A DNA stretch of 63,771 bases, filler included, from Octopus bimaculoides (GCF_001194135.2; 5 parts of 5 records of this genome joined end to end with filler, not necessarily neighbours in it), one strand, 5' to 3'; shown: positions 49,988-63,016, counted from the first letter of the whole stretch. Numbers and translations are program-made. Notes: generated by a model not told the origin, from the letters alone.

Positions 49988-51879
49988 ATCTTCTGAATAC
50001 TAATAGCAAAATACTGTTGAGTACCAGGCAGCAGGATACTGCTTCCCAAATCTTTAGAAATCGTTATTTATATCCAAAGAGGAAGGCAGTAAAGAAAAGG
50101 ATATGCTCTCAGGAGCCGAATTTACACACTGCTTTCGAGTTTCGTTGAAATATTGTCTTAGTAAAAGCGTAACAAATGCACTCCTTCGTTTATCTAATGT
50201 ACCTGATATAATAATAAAATAGGTGATAAACATCATGTAAGGCGTATGCTTCCGGTGGACTTAGACTGCAACATAGTTTTTATTGTCTTGTTGAAGCTAA
50301 TTTCATACACTTATATAACTGATGCCTTTGAGATATTCATGGACAAAGCTCTGTTTCCGCTCTCTTAATATGGAAGACTATATTACCTTGTCAAAGGTAA
50401 CAAGTAATGTCAAACACTGGCATGGTCTATACAAGTGGTAAACTATCAACGGTTCGAAGTTTGTTTCGATACGAAATCAAATCTACTTCATTTATTCATG
50501 CTACTAATGCACTTAAAAAGGTATTATTTCATAGTTTCAAATCATAAAACTAAGAGCAACAACGTAGTGTCATGACTATATTCACCCAGAGAAGAAATAA
50601 AATTCATCACTGTAAACTAACGAAAACTCATCATTTTTACATAGCAGCCACCATTTACCGTCATAATCTGTTTCTACTCTGCAGTATCTATTTACAGTTA
50701 AGTGAACAATATTGTTTCAAAGTTAAATATATTGGATATTATCAATATAAACACAATATACAGTAATATGCACGCAGGATGGAATGTGGACAGAAAAATT
50801 AGTAATAATTATTCCAAAACTTTTTGAACATTTATTTTTTTGAAGTGGTTCTGATTCTTCCACAAAATGTGAAATTTATTTTGTTTTCACATTAACTCGA
50901 GCGGTTATAAACATTAAATATCTTTATTATCACCTGCGAGAGATTCTGTCAAGAATTTCTATAACAATAGTACATACAAAAGAATTTATAGATCCTTAAG
51001 CTGTTTCTCTCTCATAAAAAGATTCAGAAGAGGATTTCACATACTTCTATTACGTACACACACACCTTCCACCTCCAGATGCCATTTGACAAACAAGTGT
51101 AGCAACCTATATAAAAGTAAGTATCTCCTTGAAACTGCTGGAATCGCTGAACGTGACAAGTTAGAAGACTTTATAGATTGATCAAAAAGAAGCCGAGATG
51201 AAAAACAAATGCTACTAGTAAAAAGACAATTTTAACAATGGAATTCACCGTGAATTTTCAAGCAGCTGACGCAAACAACACCTGTACAAAGAATAGTGGA
51301 AAGATAACTTACTACAAATCAGATTTGTAGTAAACCATCGTAAATATTTTTCATTTATTATCACATTAAAGATTATTTTCAATAAAAACAAGTAAACGTT
51401 TCATTAATTTACATTTGAATTAAAATGATATTTGTTCCCATTCTCTATGAAGTTATAGCGGCAAACTACAAATCGACAGTAGAAAATCTATCGCTACTGA
51501 AAATTGTTTTCATTCAGTAGGGTTTTTTTTTTTCGTCTCTTTCTTTCGTATATTTTCTATCAATTCATTTGAATAGTTAATTTATAATAATGTTATATAT
51601 GTTGAGTAAATGCGTTTAATTATAATGAGCGGCTATGAATTTTATTCTTTAAATTGTCTTCATATCTCTGAAGTTTATTTTTAAAGTATCTTATAAATAT
51701 CAGTTATAATTCTAACTGCCAACTATTGTTGGCTTACTGCAGACTAAGTCAGCGGTGTTCCATTTGGTTTTAAAATATCAAGAGGGAATAGGATGATACT
51801 ACAAAAGCAAGTTCTCAACCTTCTCGACTAAAACGCTACACTGCAACCGTGGGTGTGACTTGCTTGCATGTCCCATGCT

Positions 51880-52080
51880 TCGACTAACTGCTATGGGTGC
51901 CTATGTGATCGTGAGAAGGCAAAGGCATTTTCTCGGCCTCTCGCTTTTATCCCAGTAGAAACTTCTAGGATGTAACAGCTGAGTAACCTGGAACGACATG
52001 AAATTAAGTAGCTTGCTTGAGTATGCAATGTACCGCCCGCTTCAGGAAATGAACCTAAGATTTTATAACCGTAAGTTTTA
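51880..52080 (-). mobile_element. Degraded SINE related to 23590-23880
   Basis: ACAGCTGAGTAACCTGGA..TGAAATTAAGTAGCTTGCT block. Confidence 0.45.
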
Positions 52081-52516
52081 CACACGCTTTCACTTTCTCA
52101 GGAACAGAAAGCAATAAAAGAACAAATAATTTGGTTTTACCAGGAGTCGAAAATATATCGCAAACAATATAACTGAAACTGATCAGTGCAAGAGAGCGCG
52201 GGTGTACTTCGTGAGATGTAAATGCTAAAAAACAAAAATAACTAGCCCAGTATAGTTTCGCTTTAGTAATTCATATACGTTATGGTTTCTTACAACAGCA
52301 TTGCGCCAAATATTAATTACTTGCAGAAATATAGCTATACCAATGTGAAAAGGATATTTGATCTTGAACAAAGTATCGAGTTTTTTTTTAAAATAAACAA
52401 AAGATATGAATACATTGTATAATTCTTTTATGTAGATGGTTTGCATTGAAAATATGAATATGGTTTGCATTGAATCTTGCACTCTTATGCAAAAGGATTC
52501 TAGTATTTTTTCCTCT

Positions 52517-52935
52517 CTACTTCAGACAAAGATACGAACAGCTGTTCAAATGAAAAGAAGTTATTCGCTCAGTTGATGCTATTTTGGTTTTGTCATGAAA
52601 AATAGGTCTAATTGCTACAATTCTCTTCAAACGTGGAATACACAGAAATAACATAAAATTAGTAACAATTGAAGCACTGTCACCCACCACCAATGCCGCT
52701 AACACTCCCAGATCCAACGTCACATCCATAGCAACAAGAGATTCATTAACCAGCTATCACATGTTCCACGGAAATTAAAGCTGCATGAAATGAGAGGTAA
52801 ATGAAAATTAGAAACTACAGTAACTGTAGAAGCACGTTTTGTCTTACATGCTAGTTCAAACACAGTAAGATAACTCCATGGTAAGATTATTATATAATCA
52901 ATAGGATTAAGCACAGTTATTGTTTGGTTTCAGAG
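52517..52935 (-). pseudogene. Possible frameshifted relic of an ANF-receptor/LIVBP-like domain exon
   Basis: Two overlapping minus frames: DYIIILPWSYLTVFELA..VVSNFHL..GTCDS and LDLGVLAALVVGDSAS..LCIP. Similarity is by eye only. Confidence 0.3.
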
Positions 52936-53075
52936 CCTCAATACATCAAGCAGGAATACACACACATACACACGTATACACAAACACACACACGCACACA
53001 CATATATATATATGTATATATATATACGCATATTATATATGTACATATATATATATATATATGTAAATATTATAT

Positions 53076-53118
<43 letters not shown>

Positions 53119-53689
53119 TACGTTAGCGTATAAGTGCTAGGATGGAAAATTAAAGAATCGGATACCAAGGAGAATATACAAACAAGGCTCATGGAATTTT
53201 ATAGGAAACTTTGAGAATATTTTTTGAAGATAAATGTTATTGCTATAGTTAATACAATAGTATTAGCAAAACATCATAACAGCTCTACAATATTTCAGAT
53301 ATTTCATAACAATATTAATTATTTTCTGAGATCTTCCAAACAGATTTAATAACATTTTTCATATGAATAAGATCCATTCTGATAAAGCAGAAGGCGATCA
53401 AAAGAGACCAGCTGTTACAATCTCATCATACTTTTCTGCGCTTGCGTTATCCAGTGTAACATTCTTTTGTTTAAGAGGTACGATTTTATTTGAAGGAGGT
53501 TCCATTGCTATTTCTAATCGGTTGGGCTATAATGTAGAGCCTACTTCATTTTGTTGGCAGTTTGGGTGAGAGCTGAACAATGTGATGCTGAGCACCCTGT
53601 AAGTTCAAACTACGCTCAACCGGAGATTGATTCGTTCCTTTCCGTCAAACTTCAGCAAGTTTCGTCTACCAAATGAATTGCTTTCAAAT

Positions 53690-54300
53690 TCAGAAGAGAG
53701 ATGAAAGGAGAACAACGCTTGTAGCCCATGAGCTTCAAAGATTAAATATTGATATTGCAGCGCTGAATGAAAGCCGTCTCGGCGAAACAGGAAATTTCGT
53801 AGCAAGATTGGCTGGTTACATTTGTGGCGGGGTAACAGTACAGATGTGAGAAGAGATTATGGAGCAACAAATGCTGTCAAGACTAAACTGTTCAACAAAC
53901 TTACTTACTTAAAATCCTCTCCTTGTTTATGAGAGTCACCTGTGCTTCCGCATACCGCTCCACAAAAATAACTTTCTTATTCTGGTAAGTGCTTACACCC
54001 CAACAATGAACTATCCAGGGGAGGTGGGAACGAAGATCAGTTCTACACTAGACTGAATGAGGGTCTCACAGTGTATAAAAGTGACAGATAGATTTTTTTC
54101 TGGGAGACTTCAATGCTAGGGTGGGAGCAGATTGTAATACTTGGTATGACATTGTCGGCTCGCATGGTATTGGAAAAGATAACTCAAACGGCGCAAAACA
54201 GCAGGAACTTACTATCACAAATATCGTATTCACACATTTGATATACTAAACAATCTAGATGCATCGAGATCCAAACATTGAATCAAATTGATTTTGCTTT
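53690..54300 (+). mobile_element. RTE/BovB-like APE endonuclease relic
   Basis: [51 protein letters not shown]. Confidence 0.8.
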
Positions 54301-54354
54301 GGTCAAACAAAAAGAGAAATAGATTCTAAATACGTATACACATACATATGTGTA

Positions 54355-54389
<35 letters not shown>

Positions 54390-54674
54390 TGCCGATATAT
54401 CTATACTATATATAAAACAGAGATGTGTGTGTAATCGCTTTTCACGTGAAATCGACTTCACCAAATGCTTCCATACTTGTAATGCATGAATAATTTGACC
54501 TCGGATAAATCTTAGCCTCTTCATTTGATTTTTTTAATTAAAAATAAATAATACTGCTTTATATTTAAGATTCACTTCTTTAAAAAGGTTCCTCAATGTC
54601 AACTTCCGGTATTGACGTAACAACCGAAAAAAGCTTCACTTTCTATTTTGTGTGCTCGTGTGTGTGTTCGTGTG

Positions 54675-54718
<44 letters not shown>

Positions 54719-54784
54719 AATACTACATACACACCGCTCTCCCACTCTGTCTCACACACATACACACGCACACACACACACCTC

Positions 54785-55160
54785 GACTCACTCACACTCT
54801 GTCTCTTACAAACACACACATACATAAATGTATACAAACATATTTACAAAGACACACGTGTGTATGCGCGCGCGTGCGTGTTTGTAAGAGACAGAGTGTG
54901 AGTGAGTCAAGGGCTGTGTTGTCATATGCATACATCCAAAGATGTATGTATATTTATGCATGTATGTATACATGACAACAAACCTCTCTCTCACTCACAC
55001 TCTGTCTCTTACAAACACACACATACATAAATGTATACAAACATATTCACAAAGACACACGTGTGTATGCACGCGCGTGCGTGTTTGTAAGATACATAGT
55101 GTGAGTGAGTCAAGGGCTGTGTTGTCATATGCATACATCCAAAGATGTATGTATATTTAT
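54785..55160. repeat. 203-bp tandem repeat whose unit is internally palindromic; runs into an ~800-N gap
   Basis: GTCAAGGGCTG at 54906 and 55109 (period 203); perfect 31-bp IR at 54785-54815/54878-54908. Confidence 0.9.
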
Positions 55161-55968
55161 NNNNNNNNNNNNNNNNNNNNNNNNNNNNNNNNNNNNNNNN
55201 NNNNNNNNNNNNNNNNNNNNNNNNNNNNNNNNNNNNNNNNNNNNNNNNNNNNNNNNNNNNNNNNNNNNNNNNNNNNNNNNNNNNNNNNNNNNNNNNNNNN
55301 NNNNNNNNNNNNNNNNNNNNNNNNNNNNNNNNNNNNNNNNNNNNNNNNNNNNNNNNNNNNNNNNNNNNNNNNNNNNNNNNNNNNNNNNNNNNNNNNNNNN
55401 NNNNNNNNNNNNNNNNNNNNNNNNNNNNNNNNNNNNNNNNNNNNNNNNNNNNNNNNNNNNNNNNNNNNNNNNNNNNNNNNNNNNNNNNNNNNNNNNNNNN
55501 NNNNNNNNNNNNNNNNNNNNNNNNNNNNNNNNNNNNNNNNNNNNNNNNNNNNNNNNNNNNNNNNNNNNNNNNNNNNNNNNNNNNNNNNNNNNNNNNNNNN
55601 NNNNNNNNNNNNNNNNNNNNNNNNNNNNNNNNNNNNNNNNNNNNNNNNNNNNNNNNNNNNNNNNNNNNNNNNNNNNNNNNNNNNNNNNNNNNNNNNNNNN
55701 NNNNNNNNNNNNNNNNNNNNNNNNNNNNNNNNNNNNNNNNNNNNNNNNNNNNNNNNNNNNNNNNNNNNNNNNNNNNNNNNNNNNNNNNNNNNNNNNNNNN
55801 NNNNNNNNNNNNNNNNNNNNNNNNNNNNNNNNNNNNNNNNNNNNNNNNNNNNNNNNNNNNNNNNNNNNNNNNNNNNNNNNNNNNNNNNNNNNNNNNNNNN
55901 NNNNNNNNNNNNNNNNNNNNNNNNNNNNNNNNNNNNNNNNNNNNNNNNNNNNNNNNNNNNNNNNNNNN

Positions 55969-56007
<39 letters not shown>

Positions 56008-56754
56008 GCAAATATATAAACATACATATACATATATCTGTACATCTATACATATCTATACACCTATGTGAATATATATGTATAAGTTTGTATGTGTGTG
56101 TATGAATATATGTATATTTTATACATATAAAAATGTGTATGTATACATATATTTAGATATTTATTTATGCATTTACTTAAAAATATGGCAATCTATTGTG
56201 AATTTCACTCTTGGCTGATCATGACTGTCAGTTCTGATCAGCCAAGAGTAACTCTCAAATTGTACAGTCATGTTTTGATATGGAAATGTACATATATACC
56301 CACTATGATAAAGTATTCATTTCTGTTGCAGATAATATTCTAGCTAACATGTGTATACGTGTCAGTGTGTGGGGCGTATGTGTTTGAATATAAGAGTATG
56401 AATGTATGTGTCTGTATATGTGTATTATGGATGCATATGTGCATATGCGTAACGAAGAATGATGTAAATTATTTTCGTAAATATATAACTTTTGCAAATT
56501 GTGCATATTAAATGATATTTATCTCTCACTGGATGGAGTGCTGTTTAGTTGATCCTACCAATAACGGAACAGTAAACTACTATATATATATATATATGTA
56601 TGTATGTATGTATGGATGGATGGATGGATGTATGTATGTATGTGTGTATGTATGTATGTGTGTATGTATGTTTGTATTCATTTATATCTATAACTGTCTA
56701 TTTATCTATACACACACCACACACACACACACACACCACACACACACACACACA

Positions 56755-58200
56755 TATATTGTGAGAATTTACAAAAAAAAAATAAAAGACGAAAACAGGT
56801 GTGTAAACAACAAACAGATGTATTAGTTTAACCCTCGGGAAGTGAGAAAGTCTTTTACGTTTCGAGCCTACGCTCTTCGACAGAAAGGAACACAGAAATA
56901 AACAGGGAGAGAAAATAGGAAAAGGTTCAGTGGCTAGCGATCTATAATGGCGAATGCTGGACAGAGGGTTCACACAGGAGAGCTAGGAGACGGGAAGATA
57001 ATAAAGTAGTAGTGATCCCAAAATGAAGGTGAACGTGCGTGTGCATGTGAGAGCGTGTATGTGTGTGTGGAAGGGTAGTGGTGGTGTGTGAGGAAGAGAG
57101 GAGGGAGAAGGATGGTTGAGCCCATTTGGTGCAAAGAAGCGAAGAGAGAAGATTAATACCGGCTCACAGCGAAGACGAGAGTCCGGATGGCCCTTGTGCA
57201 AGGACAATCCGAACACAAATAGGTGTTGTAAAAAGTGACTGGTAGTGCGGAAATGGCGTCTCGTTGCCGTGTCGGATGTCTCGGAGGTGTATAGAGGACA
57301 GAGAGAGCAGGAGATGCAGTAGATGACGTTGCTAGAAGTGCAGGTGAAGGAGTCAGTGAATGATAAGGTAGATGATGGGTGCCTGTGAAGAGGGTGGTGT
57401 TGGGGAGATAAGGGCAAGTGCGGCAGCATGGATGGGAGCAGGGGAACAAGCCGGGTTGGGGGTTGGGTTAGGGAAGAAGCTGTGGACCAAGAGATCTCGT
57501 AGGTTGTAGGCTCGTTTGAAGGAGGGGGGTGTCNNNNNNNNNNNNNNNNNNNNNNNNNNNNNNNNNNNNNNNNNNNNNNNNNNNNNNNNNNNNNNNNNNN
57601 NNNNNNNNNNNNNNNNNNNNNNNNNNNNNNNNNNNNNNNNNNNNNNNNNNNNNNNNNNNNNNNNNNNNNNNNNNNNNNNNNNNNNNNNNNNNNNNNNNNN
57701 NNNNNNNNNNNNNNNNNNNNNNNNNNNNNNNNNNNNNNNNNNNNNNNNNNNNNNNNNNNNNNNNNNNNNNNNNNNNNNNNNNNNNAGGGGAAATGGGAGA
57801 TGGTTGACGGCAGGGTGGGTGCGCGGAGAGAGAGCAGATGCACGGTCCACGGAACATGCTCTGGCAAGGGCGGTGTGGAGAGTGGTGAGGGGATATCCAC
57901 GTAGGATGAAATGGCGAGCCATGAGTTGAGAATGAGTCTCAAAGTCATGGCTGTCACTACAGGGCCTGCGTAGACGGAGGAATTGGGAATAGAGGATGGA
58001 GAGCTTGGTGTGTTTAGGGTGGGAGGAGGAGAAGTTGAGGTATGAGTGTGTGTCTGTGCGTTTGTAGTGGATGGAGGTGGTGAGAGTGGAGTGAGGAATG
58101 CTGACCGAAATGTCGAGAAAGGCGACGGAAGTGTCGGAAATAGTGCAGAAGTGGAGTGCAGGATGGAAAGACTTGACAAAAGAGAGGAATAATTTACATT
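56755..58200 (-). mobile_element. Penelope-like element 3' part (RT thumb, GIY-YIG, pLTR)
   Basis: MARHFILRGYP..FKRAYNLRDLLVHS; FTCTSSNVIYCISCSLC; LIFSL...APNGLN. Confidence 0.88.
56852..56887 (-). ncRNA. Minimal type I hammerhead-like motif (core variant CUGUCGA)
   Basis: CTTT-CTGTCGA-A-GAGC-GTAG-GCTC-GAAAC-GTA-AAAG, in the PLE pLTR. Confidence 0.65.
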
Positions 58201-58278
58201 ACTTTTAGTTACACATACACATATACACACACATGCCTACACACTCTCACAAACAAAACGCCCCCCCCCCACACACAC

Positions 58279-58315
<37 letters not shown>

Positions 58316-58799
58316 TATATATATACATATACACCCACTCGAACGAGAGTATATCAATTACCATACAAGGTANNNNNNNNNNNNNNNNNNNNNNNNNNNN
58401 NNNNNNNNNNNNNNNNTTAATTAATTAANNNNNNNNNNNNNNNNNNNNNNNNNNNNNNNNNNNNNNNNNNNNTATATATATGCATGCATATTTTTATATG
58501 TATTGATATATTGATGTATATATATATATATAAACATAATTAAGGGATCAGCAAATATTTGCCTCACCATATACCGAAGTTCAGAAATAGCAGCTAAAAA
58601 AGCTGAGACTCCCACAGATAGCATCACTTGTAACTCACAAAGGCAAAAACAAGAAGAAAAAACAATGAAAACTAACCATTCCGAAGATACACAGCGTTCA
58701 TATACACATAATAATTTTTCCCGTCTGGCCGTATAGCCTTTTCTGTTTGTTTTCCTGTCTTGTTTTTTGTCCGCCACTACATTCCTCCATGGCAAGGTT

Positions 58800-59054
58800 T
58801 AATTTGTGTATACAAATTCAATTTGCGGTCCATGGGAAGAGCAGTTTTAACTATGCGTCCTACCCAGCTCTTCGAAACGCCGGTGTTAAAACGGGGGTAG
58901 CTGATGAAGGAGAATGTTCTCTATGCGGCTTGTGTATTTTCTCGTCTACGTTTTGTTTTCAATATCCTGTACCCAGATATGCACCTATACATACAGGTGG
59001 ATGTCGGTATGCACATACCTGTACGTATATATGCATATACTCATTTACTATTTG

Positions 59055-59086
<32 letters not shown>
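58800..59086 (+). repeat. Dispersed element (probable PLE pLTR derivative) carrying a scrambled hammerhead
   Basis: Second copy at 29037-29225. Confidence 0.7.
58855..58913 (+). ncRNA. Hammerhead-like motif with non-canonical strand order
   Basis: GCGT-C-CTACCC / TCTTC-GAAA-CGC / GGGTAG-CTGATGA-A-GGAGA; stems I, II and III all pair. Confidence 0.5.
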
Positions 59087-60788
59087 NNNNNNNNNNNNNN
59101 NNNNNNNNNNNNNNNNNNNNNNNNNNNNNNNNNNNNNNNNNNNNNNNNNNNNNNNNNNNNNNNNNNNNNNNNNNNNNNNNNNNNNNNNNNNNNNNNNNNN
59201 NNNNNNNNNNNNNNNNNNNNNNNNNNNNNNNNNNNNNNNNNNNNNNNNNNNNNNNNNNNNNNNNNNNNNNNNNNNNNNNNNNNNNNNNNNNNNNNNNNNN
59301 NNNNNNNNNNNNNNNNNNNNNNNNNNNNNNNNNNNNNNNNNNNNNNNNNNNNNNNNNNNNNNNNNNNNNNNNNNNNNNNNNNNNNNNNNNNNNNNNNNNN
59401 NNNNNNNNNNNNNNNNNNNNNNNNNNNNNNNNNNNNNNNNNNNNNNNNNNNNNNNNNNNNNNNNNNNNNNNNNNNNNNNNNNNNNNNNNNNNNNNNNNNN
59501 NNNNNNNNNNNNNNNNNNNNNNNNNNNNNNNNNNNNNNNNNNNNNNNNNNNNNNNNNNNNNNNNNNNNNNNNNNNNNNNNNNNNNNNNNNNNNNNNNNNN
59601 NNNNNNNNNNNNNNNNNNNNNNNNNNNNNNNNNNNNNNNNNNNNNNNNNNNNNNNNNNNNNNNNNNNNNNNNNNNNNNNNNNNNNNNNNNNNNNNNNNNN
59701 NNNNNNNNNNNNNNNNNNNNNNNNNNNNNNNNNNNNNNNNNNNNNNNNNNNNNNNNNNNNNNNNNNNNNNNNNNNNNNNNNNNNNNNNNNNNNNNNNNNN
59801 NNNNNNNNNNNNNNNNNNNNNNNNNNNNNNNNNNNNNNNNNNNNNNNNNNNNNNNNNNNNNNNNNNNNNNNNNNNNNNNNNNNNNNNNNNNNNNNNNNNN
59901 NNNNNNNNNNNNNNNNNNNNNNNATATATATATATATATATATATACACTTATATGTATATAATACTGAGGGACAATGAGAACATATCTGTTCATTTATC
60001 TAGACTCAAACCTTAAGTGTACGTTTATTTGTAATTCAAATACACAAATTGTGACAATCAATAGTTTTGTGCCTCTTTTATTTGTACTTCACCTGCCAGA
60101 AGTTTTTTCTACCAAAATCTGCTTTGTTCATGCTCTTTCTGACGAACATTGCATCTAGGAAACATTGCTTCCTTTACTCTTACTTTGTGAAGTGTTTTTC
60201 CCTTTGTCCCATGTGATGCAATTTCAGGAAGGACAGTTATTGATCTTCCTTTCATTGGTTCCTGCATTAGTTACATCTTAGTGGAACCTATGGGTACCTA
60301 TTCTTCAATGTTTGCTTGAACTCATTTCTTCAATAAGAAATCTTGTACGTCTTAGGAATGTTTTGGTATCCAGAAGACCTAAGTGCTACGGAAGGAGCGT
60401 CGTTAAGCTCCCGGTTCAATAAGAGAATGTGCGAGGAGTCTAAGGCAGGTAGGGTGTGGGCGTGTATATGTTACATAAAATAAGATAACAAGGCCAAGGC
60501 AATTTGATATTCCTAGGGCATTTATAAATAGGAAGGGAGTCTTACAGCTGTTTCATTGGAACAAATGATATTCCATTATCAGAGACGAGTTAAAAGAGCT
60601 TCAATAGAAGGAATTAGTACAGTTCATTGTTTTTAGAAGTTATTCTGGAGAGGGTGAGATATACAAATTCGATATAATGCAGAAAGTGTAAAAGGAAAAT
60701 ATGAAAATAAAAACACATGTTGGATGTTAAAGTTGCTTATTCACATTATTTACAATTGACGGATATTTGTCCTCATTTGTTTGTTGTT

Positions 60789-60834
60789 AACACAACGTTT
60801 CGGCTGATATACTCTCCAACCTTCATCAGGTGCC
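60789..60834 (-). ncRNA. Minimal type I hammerhead-like motif
   Basis: GGCAC-CTGATGA-A-GGTTG-gagagtatat-CAGCC-GAAAC-GTT-GTGTT, with palindromic AACGTT at stem III. It sits in a ~160-bp element (60730-60890) next to (GTT)n(ATT)n. Confidence 0.7.
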
Positions 60835-60904
60835 TTGGGGAAATTTCGAACCTGGGTTCTCATTCCTAAGGTATTTTTTGATGTTATTGTTGTTGTTGTT
60901 GTTG

Positions 60905-60965
<61 letters not shown>

Positions 60966-61954
60966 CAGGCCANNNNNNNNNNNNNNNNNNNNNNNNNNNN
61001 NNNNNNNNNNNNNNNNTTAATTAATTAANNNNNNNNNNNNNNNNNNNNNNNNNNNNNNNNNNNNNNNNNNNNGACAGGATTTTGGAAAGCAGCAGGAGGA
61101 CACCTAGGGGTCATGACCTGGGTGGGCCCGGCTCCCGTAGAGTGTCAGGCATAAAGGCCGAAACACTTGTCGGATGGGAGTTCTTCCTCTGATGATCTTT
61201 CATAAGGTGCGTTCACCTTGCCGCTGCGTTCATGTTATATGGACTGTTAGATATGTAATTCGTCTGACGTTCCGTGTGTCATGTGGTTCGTCTGAGTTCA
61301 TTGTTTCATTGTTGTTGTCTTGTGGGACTGTCGTAGTAAAATGTCATTGATATATATATGGCGGACATGACTTTTGTTTATTCATAACGAACATTGGGTG
61401 AGTGCGTTCTTTGTATGTAATTGAACAATAAATGTAATAATTAAATTGTATAACTCGTTTTGTTATCTCTGCGAGTCACCCGAGGGAAACATAACAGTTC
61501 ACCTCCCGAGGCCAAAGAGAACCACATTGGTCTTACTTCGTCGCTCCCTCTTCGTCTTCCAGTGGGGCCCCACGGCTGTTGACGTCACTGCCCTTTCCTT
61601 TCAGTTCACCTCATCCCCACAACACGCTTTACTCAAAGACACACGCATGAAAATCATGAAAATAGAGTATATATACATGTACATGTATAAATTTATGTGC
61701 GTATGTATATGTGTATATGTTTGTGTGTGTGTGCACGCGCACGCGTGTGCGTAAGCTACTTTGCTCAATAAATGTTGATGTTTATGGCATAAGAGAAGAG
61801 CATAGAAGGCGTTGAACGTGGTAGAAAAGTATTCATTTAAGGCTCTTGTCACTGATTTATGGAGAAATCAGTGAAAATATCGGACTTACAAACCGAATGA
61901 TATATTATTATCTGTCAACGACAAAAAACAAAAACAGAGGGATTGTATACTGCT

Positions 61955-62036
<82 letters not shown>

Positions 62037-62402
62037 CTCTCTCGTGCGCACACGCGCGCACACACACGCTCGCACGCACACATGCACACACACGCGCGTG
62101 CGCACACAAATATACACGCATACGCACGCGTACACAGACACACATACTCATGCGTGTACGTACGTACACTTATAGACAAGTAATGGATTCAATCGATGCA
62201 TGTCGGAATTGTTGTTCGTCTGTGATATTATGGACGGCTTATATGGGTGGGTTATCAGTGAACGATATAATTACCCAAAGCCAGCCTAGTATTGAAATCT
62301 TGCTGTGGTTGCTGGACGTCGCATCGCACCACTCCACACCACATTATACCATACAACACACACAAAACACATACTTAAACACACATTCACAGCAAACATA
62401 CA

Positions 62403-62442
<40 letters not shown>

Positions 62443-62607
62443 ACACACACACATACATTGACACTCATTAACGACCATTTTCAGTTCTAGATAAATGATA
62501 ATGGTCATCTGNNNNNNNNNNNNNNNNNNNNNNNNNNNNNNNNNNNNNNNNNNNNNNNNNNNNNNNNNNNNNNNNNNNNNNNNNNNNNNNNNNNNNNNNN
62601 NNATACA

Positions 62608-62647
<40 letters not shown>

Positions 62648-62964
62648 ACACACACACATACATTGACACTCATTAACGACCATTTTCAGTTCTAGATAAA
62701 TGATAATGGTCATCTGGTGTTAGTAAACAGAACCGCGCCTTAATGGACAGTTGAGTAGAGAGCAACGAACAGATCAATACTTTCATGTTAGTTCATCTCA
62801 TCTGAACCTACCTAAACCTACCTGGAGGACTGAGATGCCCAGATGAAGTGACATCATTATCTGTCTACTGGATAAGATGGCCACTAACAAAGCTTACTTA
62901 TTCTTGGCAATGATAGATATTCCAAAGTTATTGATATCCTTCTGACGACTAGTTTTGTGAAGTG

Positions 62965-63016
62965 ATACTATAGCCTCAGACCGAGTGGATTTGGTGGACG
63001 GAAACTGAAAGAAGCT

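Noticed and set aside
61130-61210. GAAACACTTGTC and CTGATGA hammerhead half-motifs
   Set aside because: Stems I and II do not close properly around the core; at best a decayed remnant.
62440-62717. Direct repeat of ~100 bp on both sides of a gap
   Set aside because: Identical ends flanking Ns are typical of an assembly overlap.
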